Shown here: positions 1-11,004 of the stretch, piece by piece
How positions within the stretch are numbered: the first letter of the stretch is position 1
Layout of the letters: each line of letters opens with the position of its first letter
Source: Acidobacteriota bacterium
Lineage (GTDB): Bacteria; Acidobacteriota; UBA6911; RPQK01; JAJDTT01
Direction: 5' to 3'
Length of the DNA stretch: 64,000 bases
NCBI GenBank assembly: GCA_965209055.1
Contig: OZ242374.1
Coordinates: 998,919 to 1,062,918, forward strand
Notes under the pieces: model-generated
Databases searched by the model: none
What the model was told of the DNA's origin: nothing
Seen by the model: only the letters and a program-made list of their open reading frames with translations
Position numbers and translations under genes: made by a program

Positions 1-438
1 CTGGAGGGAAAGGGATTCGACAAGGAATTCGAGATGTCTTTCGGGAGCAATATTCAGTTTCTCGATCTGGTGCAGGAGATCTCCCAGAGCATCACTCGAA
101 TGGCCGGATTCGATGACGAGGCAAGCCATTGGATTTGCTTGTCGATCCGCGAATCGGTGACCAATGCCATCCAGCACGGAAATCAAGAGGATGAGAGCAA
201 GAGGGTGGGCGTCCGATTCCGTATCGATCGCCACCGTCTTCTCATCAGCATCTCAGATCAGGGACCTGGTTTTGACGAATCCTCGCTGCCGGACCCGCTG
301 GATACCGGGAATCTGCTGAAACCCTCGGGCCGCGGGGTGTTCTTTGTCCATACCTTCATGGACAAAGTGACCTATCGGAATCTCAGGCAGGGGGGATTCG
401 AAGTTACAATGGAGAAGTGGATCAAACACACGACGTGA
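1..438 (+). CDS. anti-sigma regulatory factor, RsbW/SpoIIAB-type Ser/Thr protein kinase (GHKL ATPase); probably 5'-truncated by window edge
   Basis: ORF 34..438, but the frame stays open back to nt 1 (LEGKGFDKEFE-MSF...). N-box ESVTNAIQHGN and G-boxes DQGPGF / GRGV are typical of anti-sigma kinases. A STAS gene follows 10 nt downstream. Confidence 0.8.
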   Translation: MEGKGFDKEFEMSFGSNIQFLDLVQEISQSITRMAGFDDEASHWICLSIRESVTNAIQHGNQEDESKRVGVRFRIDRHRLLISISDQGPGFDESSLPDPLDTGNLLKPSGRGVFFVHTFMDKVTYRNLRQGGFEVTMEKWIKHTT

Positions 439-448
439 GGAGGTAATC

Positions 449-787
449 ATGAGCATCGCGACCAGAAACGTGCACGGCGTCACCATCCTGGATGTCCAGG
501 GCAGGATCACCATCGGCGAAGAGAGCGCACTGATACGGAATACCATACGGGGATTGGTCCAGTCGGGGCAGAAGAATCTACTCATGAACCTGGCCGATGT
601 CCGCACGGTGGACAGCATCGGGATCGGCGAGCTGGTGAGCTCGTACACTCACGTTGCAGACCAGGGAGGAGCGCTCAAGCTTCTCCATCTGACCAAGAGG
701 ACCCGGGAGCTGCTGGCCATCACCAAGCTTCTGACCGTTTTCGATACCTTCGAAAACGAGGCTGACGCGGTCGCCAGTTTCGCCTGA
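449..787 (+). CDS. STAS-domain anti-sigma-factor antagonist (SpoIIAA/RsbV-like)
   Basis: 112 aa with GGAGG 6 nt upstream of the ATG. The VDSIGIGELV motif contains the phosphorylatable Ser, and LKLLHL...LL.ITKL..VF is typical of STAS antagonists. Confidence 0.85.
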   Translation: MSIATRNVHGVTILDVQGRITIGEESALIRNTIRGLVQSGQKNLLMNLADVRTVDSIGIGELVSSYTHVADQGGALKLLHLTKRTRELLAITKLLTVFDTFENEADAVASFA

Positions 788-811
788 TCGCTATCAGCCG
801 AGGAGGCTCCC

Positions 812-839
812 CCACCGGGCGCCGGCCGGCGCCCGGTGG
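812..839. terminator. perfect 28-nt GC palindrome (CCACCGGGCGCCGG/CCGGCGCCCGGTGG) between convergent genes
   Basis: Read directly from the sequence. It lies 25 nt after the STAS stop codon. No adjacent U-tract on the + strand, so only a candidate terminator. Confidence 0.4.
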
Positions 840-879
840 AGTCAGGAGAGAAAAAAAGGGATCGAGTCAGTCCGGCTGC

Positions 880-930
880 CGTTTCCGTGAGGAGACCACT
901 CTCGACCGTGGTCTCCTCTACGAGGAAACG
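880..930 (-). terminator. hairpin downstream of rseP (core GAGGAGACCAC-N8-GTGGTCTCCTC, 889..918, extended by CGTTTCC/GGAAACG)
   Basis: An 11-bp perfect stem seen in the sequence immediately after the rseP stop (959). The T-run on the - strand is about 20 nt further on, so it is not canonical. Confidence 0.35.
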
Positions 931-958
931 ACGCGCCCTTCTTCACTCCCTCGATTTC

Positions 959-2284
959 TCAAAAGGGCAGATTCTTGGAGAGGTCGTTGAAGAGAATGAC
1001 CCCCATCAGCAGGATCAGGAAAATAAAGCCGGCCTGAAAGATCCGTTCTTTCACCTTCATGCTGAGGTCCCTGCCGATGAGCCCCTCGATGGCCAACATG
1101 GCGATGAGGCCTCCGTCCAGTACGGGGATGGGAAAGAGGTTCAGGATGCCCAGGTTCAGGGACACCAGGGCCATGAATCCCATCAGGGGAACCAACCCTC
1201 CCGACGCGGCGGCCCCCGAATAGCGGGCGATATCGATGGGACCTGACATGCTCCGGAGGGAGGCCCTGCCGGTCACGATCTTGCCGATGACCTTACCGAT
1301 CAACAGGACTATTTCTCCGTTTCTCCGGATCGACAGGGCCAGGGACTCCACGATTCCGTACTTCTCGACGCGGACGGGGGGGCCTCGCTCGACACCGATC
1401 AGAACCCTGCCGTCGATCTTCGCCGGGCGAATGGTGGCCTCCAGGAACTCTTCGCCCCTCCGCAGCTTGAACAGCAACGGCTCTCCTTCGCGTTCCGACA
1501 CGAACGGCGAGATGGCAGAGGGTTCATCGACGGCACCATTCTCTCCCCGGACCGCCAGGATCTCGTCACCCGGCTTCAATCCGGCGGCTTGCGCCGGCGA
1601 GCCTTCCATGGTTCCGGTGATGATGAATGGGATCCAGGGCTCCACTCCGATGGTTCCGATCTCGCCTCTTTCCGACGCCGCGGCGACCAGCACCCGTTTA
1701 TCGATTCGTTTCCCTCCCCGGTCGAGAGTCAGGCGAAGGCTCTGCCCGGGACTCGTGGCGATGGCGATCTCGGCATCCTGCCAGGTGGACACTTCGTCTC
1801 CATCGATGGCCACGATCGTGTCGCGAACCTGAATCCCCGCCGCTACGGCAGGGGAATCGTCGGCCACCGCCCCGATTTCCGCCGGTCCGGACCGGTAGGC
1901 GAGCACCTGGACCCCCAGCGTGTAGGCGGCGGCCGACAGCAGAACGGCCAGGACGATGTTCATCAAGGGGCCGGCCACGGCCACGGCGAAACGATGCCGC
2001 TTGGGGTGGGCCAGAAACTCGTCGCCGGAACCAGTGAACGACTCGTCGTAGTTCTCTCCGGCCATCTTGACGTAACCGCCCAGGGGCAAAATGCTCACCC
2101 GGTAGTCGGTGTCGCCACGGCGAAACCCCGCCAGCCTGGGGCCGAATCCGAGGGAGAACACGTCGACGCGAATGCCCAGGTACTTGGCAACCGCGTAATG
2201 TCCCAACTCGTGGACGAAGATCATGACCCCCAAGACAAAAATGAAGGCCAGCAGGGTGGTCCCGAAATCACCGATCATCTGCAA
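959..2284 (-). CDS. rseP: RIP zinc metalloprotease RseP (site-2 protease)
   Basis: 441 aa. HELGHY zinc motif near the N-terminus, central PDZ-like regions, C-terminal NLFPIPVLDGG motif. Conserved uppS-cdsA-dxr-rseP context. Confidence 0.9.
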   Translation of the reverse strand: MQMIGDFGTTLLAFIFVLGVMIFVHELGHYAVAKYLGIRVDVFSLGFGPRLAGFRRGDTDYRVSILPLGGYVKMAGENYDESFTGSGDEFLAHPKRHRFAVAVAGPLMNIVLAVLLSAAAYTLGVQVLAYRSGPAEIGAVADDSPAVAAGIQVRDTIVAIDGDEVSTWQDAEIAIATSPGQSLRLTLDRGGKRIDKRVLVAAASERGEIGTIGVEPWIPFIITGTMEGSPAQAAGLKPGDEILAVRGENGAVDEPSAISPFVSEREGEPLLFKLRRGEEFLEATIRPAKIDGRVLIGVERGPPVRVEKYGIVESLALSIRRNGEIVLLIGKVIGKIVTGRASLRSMSGPIDIARYSGAAASGGLVPLMGFMALVSLNLGILNLFPIPVLDGGLIAMLAIEGLIGRDLSMKVKERIFQAGFIFLILLMGVILFNDLSKNLPF

Positions 2285-2433
2285 AGGAATCTCGCCTTTC
2301 TGACAGGGCTCCAGGGACGGAACTCGGTATCCCTGCGACCCGCCGTCTCAATCGTAAACGACATTCGCTCCAACTCTCGGATCCTCAAACGTGCCGCAGC
2401 CCGCTTGGGTTCCTCGTTCTCCCCCGCGGGCAG

Positions 2434-3585
2434 TCAGATTCTGGCCAGAGCCAGTTCGTTCGCCACGCGCCGGGACCTCCGGTCCGCTTCCAGTACGACT
2501 TCCAGGGAATCGGGTTCCTGTGGCCGGTGCCGGTCCAGCACTCCCTCGATCGTGGCGGGGATATCCCGAAAAGGAATTCGTTCCTCCAGAAATAGTCCGA
2601 CGGCCACTTCGTTGGCGGCATTGAGGGCCGCGGGGTAGGTCCGTCCCTCTTGCAGAGCCGCTCCGGCCAAGCGCAGGCAGGGAAACTTGACGGGGTCCGG
2701 CGGATGGAACGCCAGCGGCGTCAACGCGAACAGGTCCAGGGACGGGACCGGCAGGCTGCAGCGGTCCGGGTAGCTCAGGGCGTAGCCGATGGGAAGACGC
2801 ATGTCGGTGATTCCCAGTTGGGCCATGATGGCCCCGTCCACGAACTCCACCATGGAGTGAATCATCGATTGGGGATGGATCACGATTTCCACCTGCCCCG
2901 GCGGCAGGCCGAAAAGATGGTGCGCTTCGATCACCTCCAGACCCTTGTTCATGAGCGTGGCCGAGTCCACGGTGATCTTGGGTCCCATCTTCCAGGTCGG
3001 ATGGTTCAAGGCCTCCTGTACCGTCACGTCGCTCAGCTCCCGGAGCGACTTGCCAAAGAAGGGGCCGCCGGAAGCGGTGAGCAGAATTCGCTTGACCTGG
3101 GCTTTCCGCTCCCCATTGAGACATTGGTGAATGGCGCTGTGCTCGCTGTCGACGGGCAGCAGGCGGACCCTTGCGTCCCGGACCTCCCGCATCACCAACT
3201 CCCCCGCCATCACCAACGTCTCTTTGTTGGCCAGAGCCACGTCCCGGCCCGCCAGGATGGCGGCCAAGGTGGGAATCAGACCCGCGGCACCGGTAATGGC
3301 TGCCACCACTATTCCCGCTTCCACTTCGGCGGCCAGTTTCGACACCCCTTCCTGCCCCTCCCAAACCGGCGTCCCCGGAAGTCGCTGCCGGAGCCACGCC
3401 GCCTGCTCACGATCATGAAGGGCGACGGCGAGCGGAGAATATTTCCGGGCCTGTTCCAGGAGTCGAGCGGCATTTCTTCGCGCCGCCAACCCCACGATCC
3501 GGAACTGATCCGGGTTCAGATCGACCAGACTCAGCGTGCTGCGTCCAACGGAACCCGTAGAGCCCAGAATCGAAATTTTCTTCAT
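2434..3585 (-). CDS. dxr: 1-deoxy-D-xylulose 5-phosphate reductoisomerase
   Basis: 383 aa. N-terminal ILGSTGSVG NADPH fold, LANKE, PVDSEHSAI, HPxWxMGxKITVDSATLMNKGLE signature. Confidence 0.95.
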   Translation of the reverse strand: MKKISILGSTGSVGRSTLSLVDLNPDQFRIVGLAARRNAARLLEQARKYSPLAVALHDREQAAWLRQRLPGTPVWEGQEGVSKLAAEVEAGIVVAAITGAAGLIPTLAAILAGRDVALANKETLVMAGELVMREVRDARVRLLPVDSEHSAIHQCLNGERKAQVKRILLTASGGPFFGKSLRELSDVTVQEALNHPTWKMGPKITVDSATLMNKGLEVIEAHHLFGLPPGQVEIVIHPQSMIHSMVEFVDGAIMAQLGITDMRLPIGYALSYPDRCSLPVPSLDLFALTPLAFHPPDPVKFPCLRLAGAALQEGRTYPAALNAANEVAVGLFLEERIPFRDIPATIEGVLDRHRPQEPDSLEVVLEADRRSRRVANELALARI

Positions 3586-3731
3586 CTTCTTCCGGGATTC
3601 GTCAGGCGATCGAGCGAGCGCGGCGCTGAACAGCCCGTGGTAAAAGTCGTCACGGCATTCGACAGTCCAGGGCTAAAATCGATGCGGCCTTTCAGGCGCG
3701 AAGAAACGCGCCAAATAGCCGTCTCAGCGCA

Positions 3732-4511
3732 TCATCCTAGCAGAAAAGACAGGCAATGATAGACGGGGAAAGCGAAGAGCAGACTGTCGATCCGGTCCAG
3801 AATTCCCCCGTGTCCGGGAATCAGGGAACCGCTGTCCTTGGCGCCGACGGCACGCTTGAGGAGCGACTCGAAGAGATCCCCCAGGATGGCTCCCAACCCC
3901 ACCACGACGCCTACCAGCAACAACAATCCCCAATCGGAACGGCCGAGCAGGCCATACCCCAACAATACGGCCAGCGCCGGCGCGGCGGCGAGACCGGCGG
4001 CGAATCCCTCCAGGGACTTCGCCGGGCTCAACCGGGGAATGATGCGGCGGCGTCCCCAGCGCGACCCGACCAGATAAGCTGCGATGTCGCATGACCAGAC
4101 GATGGCCAGAATCATGAGCAGCTCGTCGGATCTGCCCCGGTACCCGGCCAGCAACGACACGGGCAGCCCCAGATACAAGAGCGCCATGAGGCTGGCCGAA
4201 GCCGAAGCCAGGGCGTCCCGGTGGTTGGAGAACCGGTAGAGATTGGCGGTGAACAGGAAGAGGCAGGCTCCCAGCAGGTAGGCCACGACCGCGTTCCCTC
4301 CCTGATTCCACACCCAGGGAAGAATCAGGCACGCGGCGATCGCAGGAAGGGGCTTCCTGGCTCCCAAGGGCGCCAGGAGCCGAAACAGCTCCAGGACTGC
4401 GATCAGGAGGATCAGATCCAGGAAGACCAGGAACACCGGGGCGGGCGCCAACACGATAATCAAGAGGACCAGCGGCGCCAGTACGGCGACGCTCAGGGTG
4501 CGGAGGATCAT
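3732..4511 (-). CDS. cdsA: phosphatidate cytidylyltransferase
   Basis: 259-aa polytopic membrane protein with the C-terminal signature SLLKRAVGAKDSGSLIPGHGGILDRIDS. 4-nt overlap with uppS. Confidence 0.85.
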   Translation of the reverse strand: MILRTLSVAVLAPLVLLIIVLAPAPVFLVFLDLILLIAVLELFRLLAPLGARKPLPAIAACLILPWVWNQGGNAVVAYLLGACLFLFTANLYRFSNHRDALASASASLMALLYLGLPVSLLAGYRGRSDELLMILAIVWSCDIAAYLVGSRWGRRRIIPRLSPAKSLEGFAAGLAAAPALAVLLGYGLLGRSDWGLLLLVGVVVGLGAILGDLFESLLKRAVGAKDSGSLIPGHGGILDRIDSLLFAFPVYHCLSFLLG

Positions 4512-5299
4512 CTGGCGCCTTGCAGGGAACGGGATCGGATTCCCCCGTAACGCCGCTCCCGCTTCTGGTAGGCCAGGATCGACTCCAGCAGGTGTTGGGA
4601 CCGGAAGTCCGGCCAGAACACGTCGGTGACGTAGATCTCGGAGTACGCGATCTGCCAGAGCAGAAAGTTGCTGATTCGCATCTCTCCGCTGGTGCGGATC
4701 AAGAGATCAGGATCGGGAAGGTCTCCCGTATAGAGACTCCGCTGCACCTCCAATTCACTCACCCGCCGGGTTCTCCCCTGCAGGAGCAACGAGTTGAAGG
4801 CGTCCACCAGTTCGGCCCGGCCGCTGTAATTCAGCGCCAGGACCATTTTCATCCCCCGGTTGAATCGGGACTCCTCCTCGACGTGCCGCAACTCCCTCCG
4901 GACCGAGCGGGGAAGCTCGTGGATCCGTCCAATGGCGTGGAAACGAATGTCGTTTTCCTGGATTTCCGGCAACTCCTTCCGCAGATATTCCTTGAGCAGC
5001 TCCATCAAGGTATTGACCTCGCTCATGGGCCGCTTCCAGTTCTCCACCGAGAAGGCGTAGAGGGTCAGCACCGGGATGTTGAGCCGGACGCTGGTCTCGA
5101 CCGTAGCCCGAACCGCCTTGATCCCGGCGGTGTGGCCCTTGACCCGGGGCAGTCCCCGCTGCCGGGCCCAGCGGCCGTTACCATCCATGATGATGGCCAC
5201 ATGGCGGGGCAACTTGCGTGGATCGAGTTGCGCCAGCAGCCGCGCTTCCAGGCTTCCAGGCTCGACGATGCCGGTGAAGTTCTCAAAGGGGGGAGTCAT
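4508..5299 (-). CDS. uppS: isoprenyl transferase (undecaprenyl-diphosphate synthase)
   Basis: 263 aa. HVAIIMDGNGRWA, TLYAFSxENWKRP and RTSGExRISNFLLWQ motifs. Confidence 0.95.
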   Translation of the reverse strand: MTPPFENFTGIVEPGSLEARLLAQLDPRKLPRHVAIIMDGNGRWARQRGLPRVKGHTAGIKAVRATVETSVRLNIPVLTLYAFSVENWKRPMSEVNTLMELLKEYLRKELPEIQENDIRFHAIGRIHELPRSVRRELRHVEEESRFNRGMKMVLALNYSGRAELVDAFNSLLLQGRTRRVSELEVQRSLYTGDLPDPDLLIRTSGEMRISNFLLWQIAYSEIYVTDVFWPDFRSQHLLESILAYQKRERRYGGIRSRSLQGAR

Positions 5300-5365
5300 T
5301 GCGGTGGGCTAAATCTACCACAATTCGGAGCGCTCCCGGATGGGACCGAGCGGTGACTGGAGCTT

Positions 5366-6154
5366 TCAATTCCGGTACCACACCCGCGCCAGGAACAGGC
5401 CATGCGCGGGGGCGGTGGGCCCGGCCAGGCGCCGGTCCCGGGATTCCAGAATCGCGGTCATGTCCGTCGCCGGCCTTTGACCGTGTCCAATCTGGATCAT
5501 GGTGCCCGCGAGGTTCCGGACCATGTGATGGAGAAAGCCGTCACCCTCGATTCGGTAGGAAAAGTGCCTTCCCTTCCGCCGCCAACGGGAAACGAAAACG
5601 GTTCGGACGCGGTTCTTCACCTGCGACGCCGAGGCCGTAAAGCCGGTGAAATCACGGGTGCCGACGATCAGTTCCGACGCCTGTTGCATCGCCTCCAGGG
5701 AGAGGGGGCGGTAGACCTGCAGCACCCTGCCCTCCAGAAACGGAGAGAGTATGGGGCCGTTGTAGAGACGATAGATGTAGCGTTTCCGCGTCGCGTCCTT
5801 CTGGGCATGAAAGGCGTCGGAAGCCACGCTCAACCGGAGCACCCGAATCCGGGAGGGGAGAACGCCGTTGAGAGATTTCAGCAGGCGGTCGGGCGTCCGT
5901 TGACGACGGAGCCTGAAGTGCGCCACCTGGCCCAGGGCATGCACCCCGGCATCGGTTCTCCCGGCGCCCACGACGGAGACGGTCTCGCCCGTGATCCGGG
6001 CCAGCGCGGCTTCGAGGGTTCCGCCGATGGTGGGACGATTCTTCTGGACCTGCCACCCGGAATAACCCTCGGAGCGATACTGGATCACACAACGATACTT
6101 GGTCAAAACCCGTTCGATCCCCCGGTTGCGGACTCTGGCCCACCGAGACGCCAT
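5366..6154 (-). CDS. truA: tRNA pseudouridine(38-40) synthase TruA
   Basis: 262 aa. YxGxGxxGWQxQ start region and catalytic GAGRTDAGVHA motif. The start is uncertain: TTG at 6106 (GGGGGA 12 nt upstream) is an alternative to ATG 6154, which overlaps the candidate yebC promoter. Confidence 0.85.
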   Translation of the reverse strand: MASRWARVRNRGIERVLTKYRCVIQYRSEGYSGWQVQKNRPTIGGTLEAALARITGETVSVVGAGRTDAGVHALGQVAHFRLRRQRTPDRLLKSLNGVLPSRIRVLRLSVASDAFHAQKDATRKRYIYRLYNGPILSPFLEGRVLQVYRPLSLEAMQQASELIVGTRDFTGFTASASQVKNRVRTVFVSRWRRKGRHFSYRIEGDGFLHHMVRNLAGTMIQIGHGQRPATDMTAILESRDRRLAGPTAPAHGLFLARVWYRN

Positions 6155-6162
6155 GTTACAAT
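6154..6162 (+). promoter_or_regulatory. candidate extended -10 promoter (TGTTACAAT) for yebC-ruvC
   Basis: TGnTACAAT sits 31 nt upstream of the yebC ATG, with AGGAGA as RBS in between. The same TGnTAnAAT style is seen upstream of nuoA and valS. Confidence 0.35.
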
Positions 6163-6192
6163 AGGCGCCAACAACGACCAGGAGATCCGCCC

Positions 6193-6945
6193 ATGTCAGG
6201 ACATTCCAAGTGGCATTCCATTCGGCACAAGAAGGCCGTCGTGGATGCCAAGCGGGGCAAGATGTTCAGCAAGATGATCCGGGAAATCACCGTGGCGGCC
6301 CGTACGGGCGGCGGAGACCCGGACGCCAATCCGCGGCTGCGCACCGCCATTCAGACGGCCAAGGCGGCCAATATGCCCCACGACAACATAGAACGAGCGG
6401 TCATGAAGGGGACGGGCGAACTCCCGGGCCAGAACTTCGACTCCGTGACCTACGAGGGCTACGGCCCCGGCGGCGTGGCGGTTCTGATCGAGACGCTGAC
6501 CGACAACAGGAACCGGACCGTGGCCGAGATCCGGCACATCTTTTCCAAGAACGGCGGGAGCCTGGGAGAGACGGGCAGCGTTCTATGGATGTTCGAGAAG
6601 CGGGGATACTTCGGGGTGCCCAGCGACTCCGTCTCGGAAGAAACGCTGTTGGAGGTGGTGCTGGACGCCGGGGCCGACGATCTCCAGACCGAAGGCGACA
6701 CGCTGGCCGTCTACACTCCGTTCGAGAACTTCGAGCAGGTGCGGCAGGAACTGGAAGCGTCCAACATCCCCACGGAGTCGAGTCAGATCACCATGCTTCC
6801 CCAGAATTCCCTCAGGATGGAAGGCAAGATGGCGGGAAAGATGTTGAAACTGATGGACGCCCTCGAGGACCACGACGACGTCCAGCATGTCTACGCCAAC
6901 TTCGACATCGACGAACAGGAGATGGAGGCGCTTCTCCAGACCTGA
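6193..6945 (+). CDS. yebC: YebC/PmpR family DNA-binding transcriptional regulator
   Basis: 250 aa. Starts MSGHSKWHSIRHKKA with AKAANMP and YEGYGPGGVA motifs. Followed by ruvC, as in many bacteria. Confidence 0.95.
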   Translation: MSGHSKWHSIRHKKAVVDAKRGKMFSKMIREITVAARTGGGDPDANPRLRTAIQTAKAANMPHDNIERAVMKGTGELPGQNFDSVTYEGYGPGGVAVLIETLTDNRNRTVAEIRHIFSKNGGSLGETGSVLWMFEKRGYFGVPSDSVSEETLLEVVLDAGADDLQTEGDTLAVYTPFENFEQVRQELEASNIPTESSQITMLPQNSLRMEGKMAGKMLKLMDALEDHDDVQHVYANFDIDEQEMEALLQT

Positions 6946-7481
6946 TGGGTCAACCCTCGCCCACCATCGTCATGGGCATCGATCCGGGGAGCCGCATCAC
7001 CGGCTACGGGGTCATCTCGATACTCGGGAATCACTGCCGTTGCGTCGACTACGGAGCGATCCGCTGTCATGACCGCAGGCTGAAGACTCCTTTCGAGCAG
7101 CGGCTCAAGACCATCTACCACGAACTTGGGAGCGTACTCCGCCGTCACGCTCCAGCCGTGGTGGCCGTGGAATCGGTCTTTCACGCAGTCAATGCCCGCA
7201 GCGCTCTCCAGTTGGGACACGCCCGCGGGGTGGTCCTGCTGGCCGCCGCGGAACTGGAGATTCCGCTGTTCGAATACTCTCCGCGGGAGGTCAAGAAATC
7301 GATCTCGGTCACCGGACGGGCGACCAAGGAGGAGGTTCAGACCATGGTCCGGATCCTGCTCAAGCTCAAGGAACGACCCCGGCCCAACGACGCAGCCGAC
7401 GCCCTGGCCGTCGCCCTCTGCCATGCCTTCAAGGGAGTATCTTCCCAACGGCTGCAGCAGCAGGCAAGACTTGCCCGCTGA
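6945..7481 (+). CDS. ruvC: crossover junction endodeoxyribonuclease RuvC
   Basis: C-terminal 178 aa of the 6210..7481 ORF. The ATG overlaps the yebC TGA (ATGA-type overlap). VMGIDPGSRITGYGV and DAADALAVALCH motifs. Confidence 0.9.
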   Translation: MGQPSPTIVMGIDPGSRITGYGVISILGNHCRCVDYGAIRCHDRRLKTPFEQRLKTIYHELGSVLRRHAPAVVAVESVFHAVNARSALQLGHARGVVLLAAAELEIPLFEYSPREVKKSISVTGRATKEEVQTMVRILLKLKERPRPNDAADALAVALCHAFKGVSSQRLQQQARLAR

Positions 7482-7501
7482 CCCCTCGTTCCGGGAGACC
7501 C

Positions 7502-8122
7502 TCACTCCTGTTTCGCGCCGGAATCGGACTCTCCGCCGGGTGGGGCGTCGACCAGGCGGCCGACTCGGGCTCTTGCAGGACGCAGGAGCCGGTCCCCGTA
7601 CCGATAGCCCCTCTGAACCACCTCGACGACCCGTTGATCCAGTTCGGGGTCGGTGACCGGAATGAGCCCTACGGCTTCCGTCAGATGGGGATCGAAGGGC
7701 TGGTTCAACACCTCGATGGGCTCGATCCCCGCCTCCCTGAGCCGATCCAGGAAGAGCCGGAGATTCAACTCCACGCCCTTTCGGAGCTCTTGCAGGTCGG
7801 AACCGCTCTCCGCCGCCTCCAACGCCCGCTCCAGGTTGTCCACCACCTCCAGGAACTGGCTGAGGAGGTCCATTTTGAACCGGTCCAGGCGCTGTTCCAG
7901 GGTCCGTTCAAGACGTTGGCGTAGCGCGTCGTTGTCGGACTCGAGCTGCTCGAGCCTCTGCTTCAGCTTCCGTTCGGCCAACTCGGTCCGGGCCTTCAAT
8001 TCCTCCACGTAAGTGGGATACCGCGTCTCCGGGACCTGCGACCGGTCGATGACCGACTCATCTTCGAGCCAGCTTCGCCGGTCAGTGACCTGAAACCTTC
8101 CTTCACTGTCCTGCTCGGCCAT
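7502..8122 (-). CDS. grpE: nucleotide exchange factor GrpE
   Basis: 206 aa. Long N-terminal coiled coil, then FDPxxHEA-like FDPHLTEAV and the GYRYGDRLLRPARV C-terminal beta domain. Confidence 0.9.
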   Translation of the reverse strand: MAEQDSEGRFQVTDRRSWLEDESVIDRSQVPETRYPTYVEELKARTELAERKLKQRLEQLESDNDALRQRLERTLEQRLDRFKMDLLSQFLEVVDNLERALEAAESGSDLQELRKGVELNLRLFLDRLREAGIEPIEVLNQPFDPHLTEAVGLIPVTDPELDQRVVEVVQRGYRYGDRLLRPARARVGRLVDAPPGGESDSGAKQE

Positions 8123-8271
8123 ATCGGGGCTCGCTCCAACGTCGTGTAGAACAGGCGCAGTCTACTACGGCGGGCAGGTGCGAGTAACCGGGGACCGGCC
8201 GTAGACCTCATCCGTGGGGCCGTCATCCGGCGGCACCTTGAAACGGAATATCCGCGAAGGTCCGCGCTTCC

Positions 8272-8300
8272 TTGCGGTGGTCGAGGGCCGATCCTATAAG
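8272..8300 (+). promoter_or_regulatory. candidate sigma70-type promoter for clpB (TTGCGG-17-TATAAG)
   Basis: The hexamers and 17-nt spacer were read directly. They lie 31 nt upstream of ATG 8332, with GGAGG as RBS. Confidence 0.25.
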
Positions 8301-8331
8301 GAGGGGAGACCGGACGGTGGAGGATCGGAAC

Positions 8332-10971
<2,640 letters not shown>

Positions 10972-10978
10972 CCGGGGA

Positions 10979-11002
10979 CCTGGGCGTGTCGAGCGCCCCA
11001 GG
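10979..11002. terminator. hairpin between convergent clpB and mltD-like genes (CCTGGGCG-N7-CGCCCCAGG)
   Basis: An 8-bp stem with one bulge, seen in the 33-nt convergent gap. Confidence 0.3.
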
Positions 11003-11004
11003 AC

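Noticed and set aside
6210-7481. 423-aa ORF extending RuvC far upstream; likewise 17181..18365, 42418..43707, 51949..53382, 59312..60232, 59599..61170, 32577..33545
   Set aside because: The N-terminal parts overlap the preceding genes out of frame and look non-protein-like. Family-typical N-termini with start codons (often overlapping the upstream stop) are found internally, so the shorter coordinates were used.
8123-8331. Heat-shock operators (CIRCE TTAGCACTC-N9-GAGTGCTAA) or sigma32-type promoters upstream of grpE, clpB and dnaK (also 39548..39633)
   Set aside because: No CIRCE-like inverted repeat is present. CTTGAAA at 8238..8244 lacks a correctly spaced CCCCAT-like -10. Only sigma70-like candidates could be proposed.
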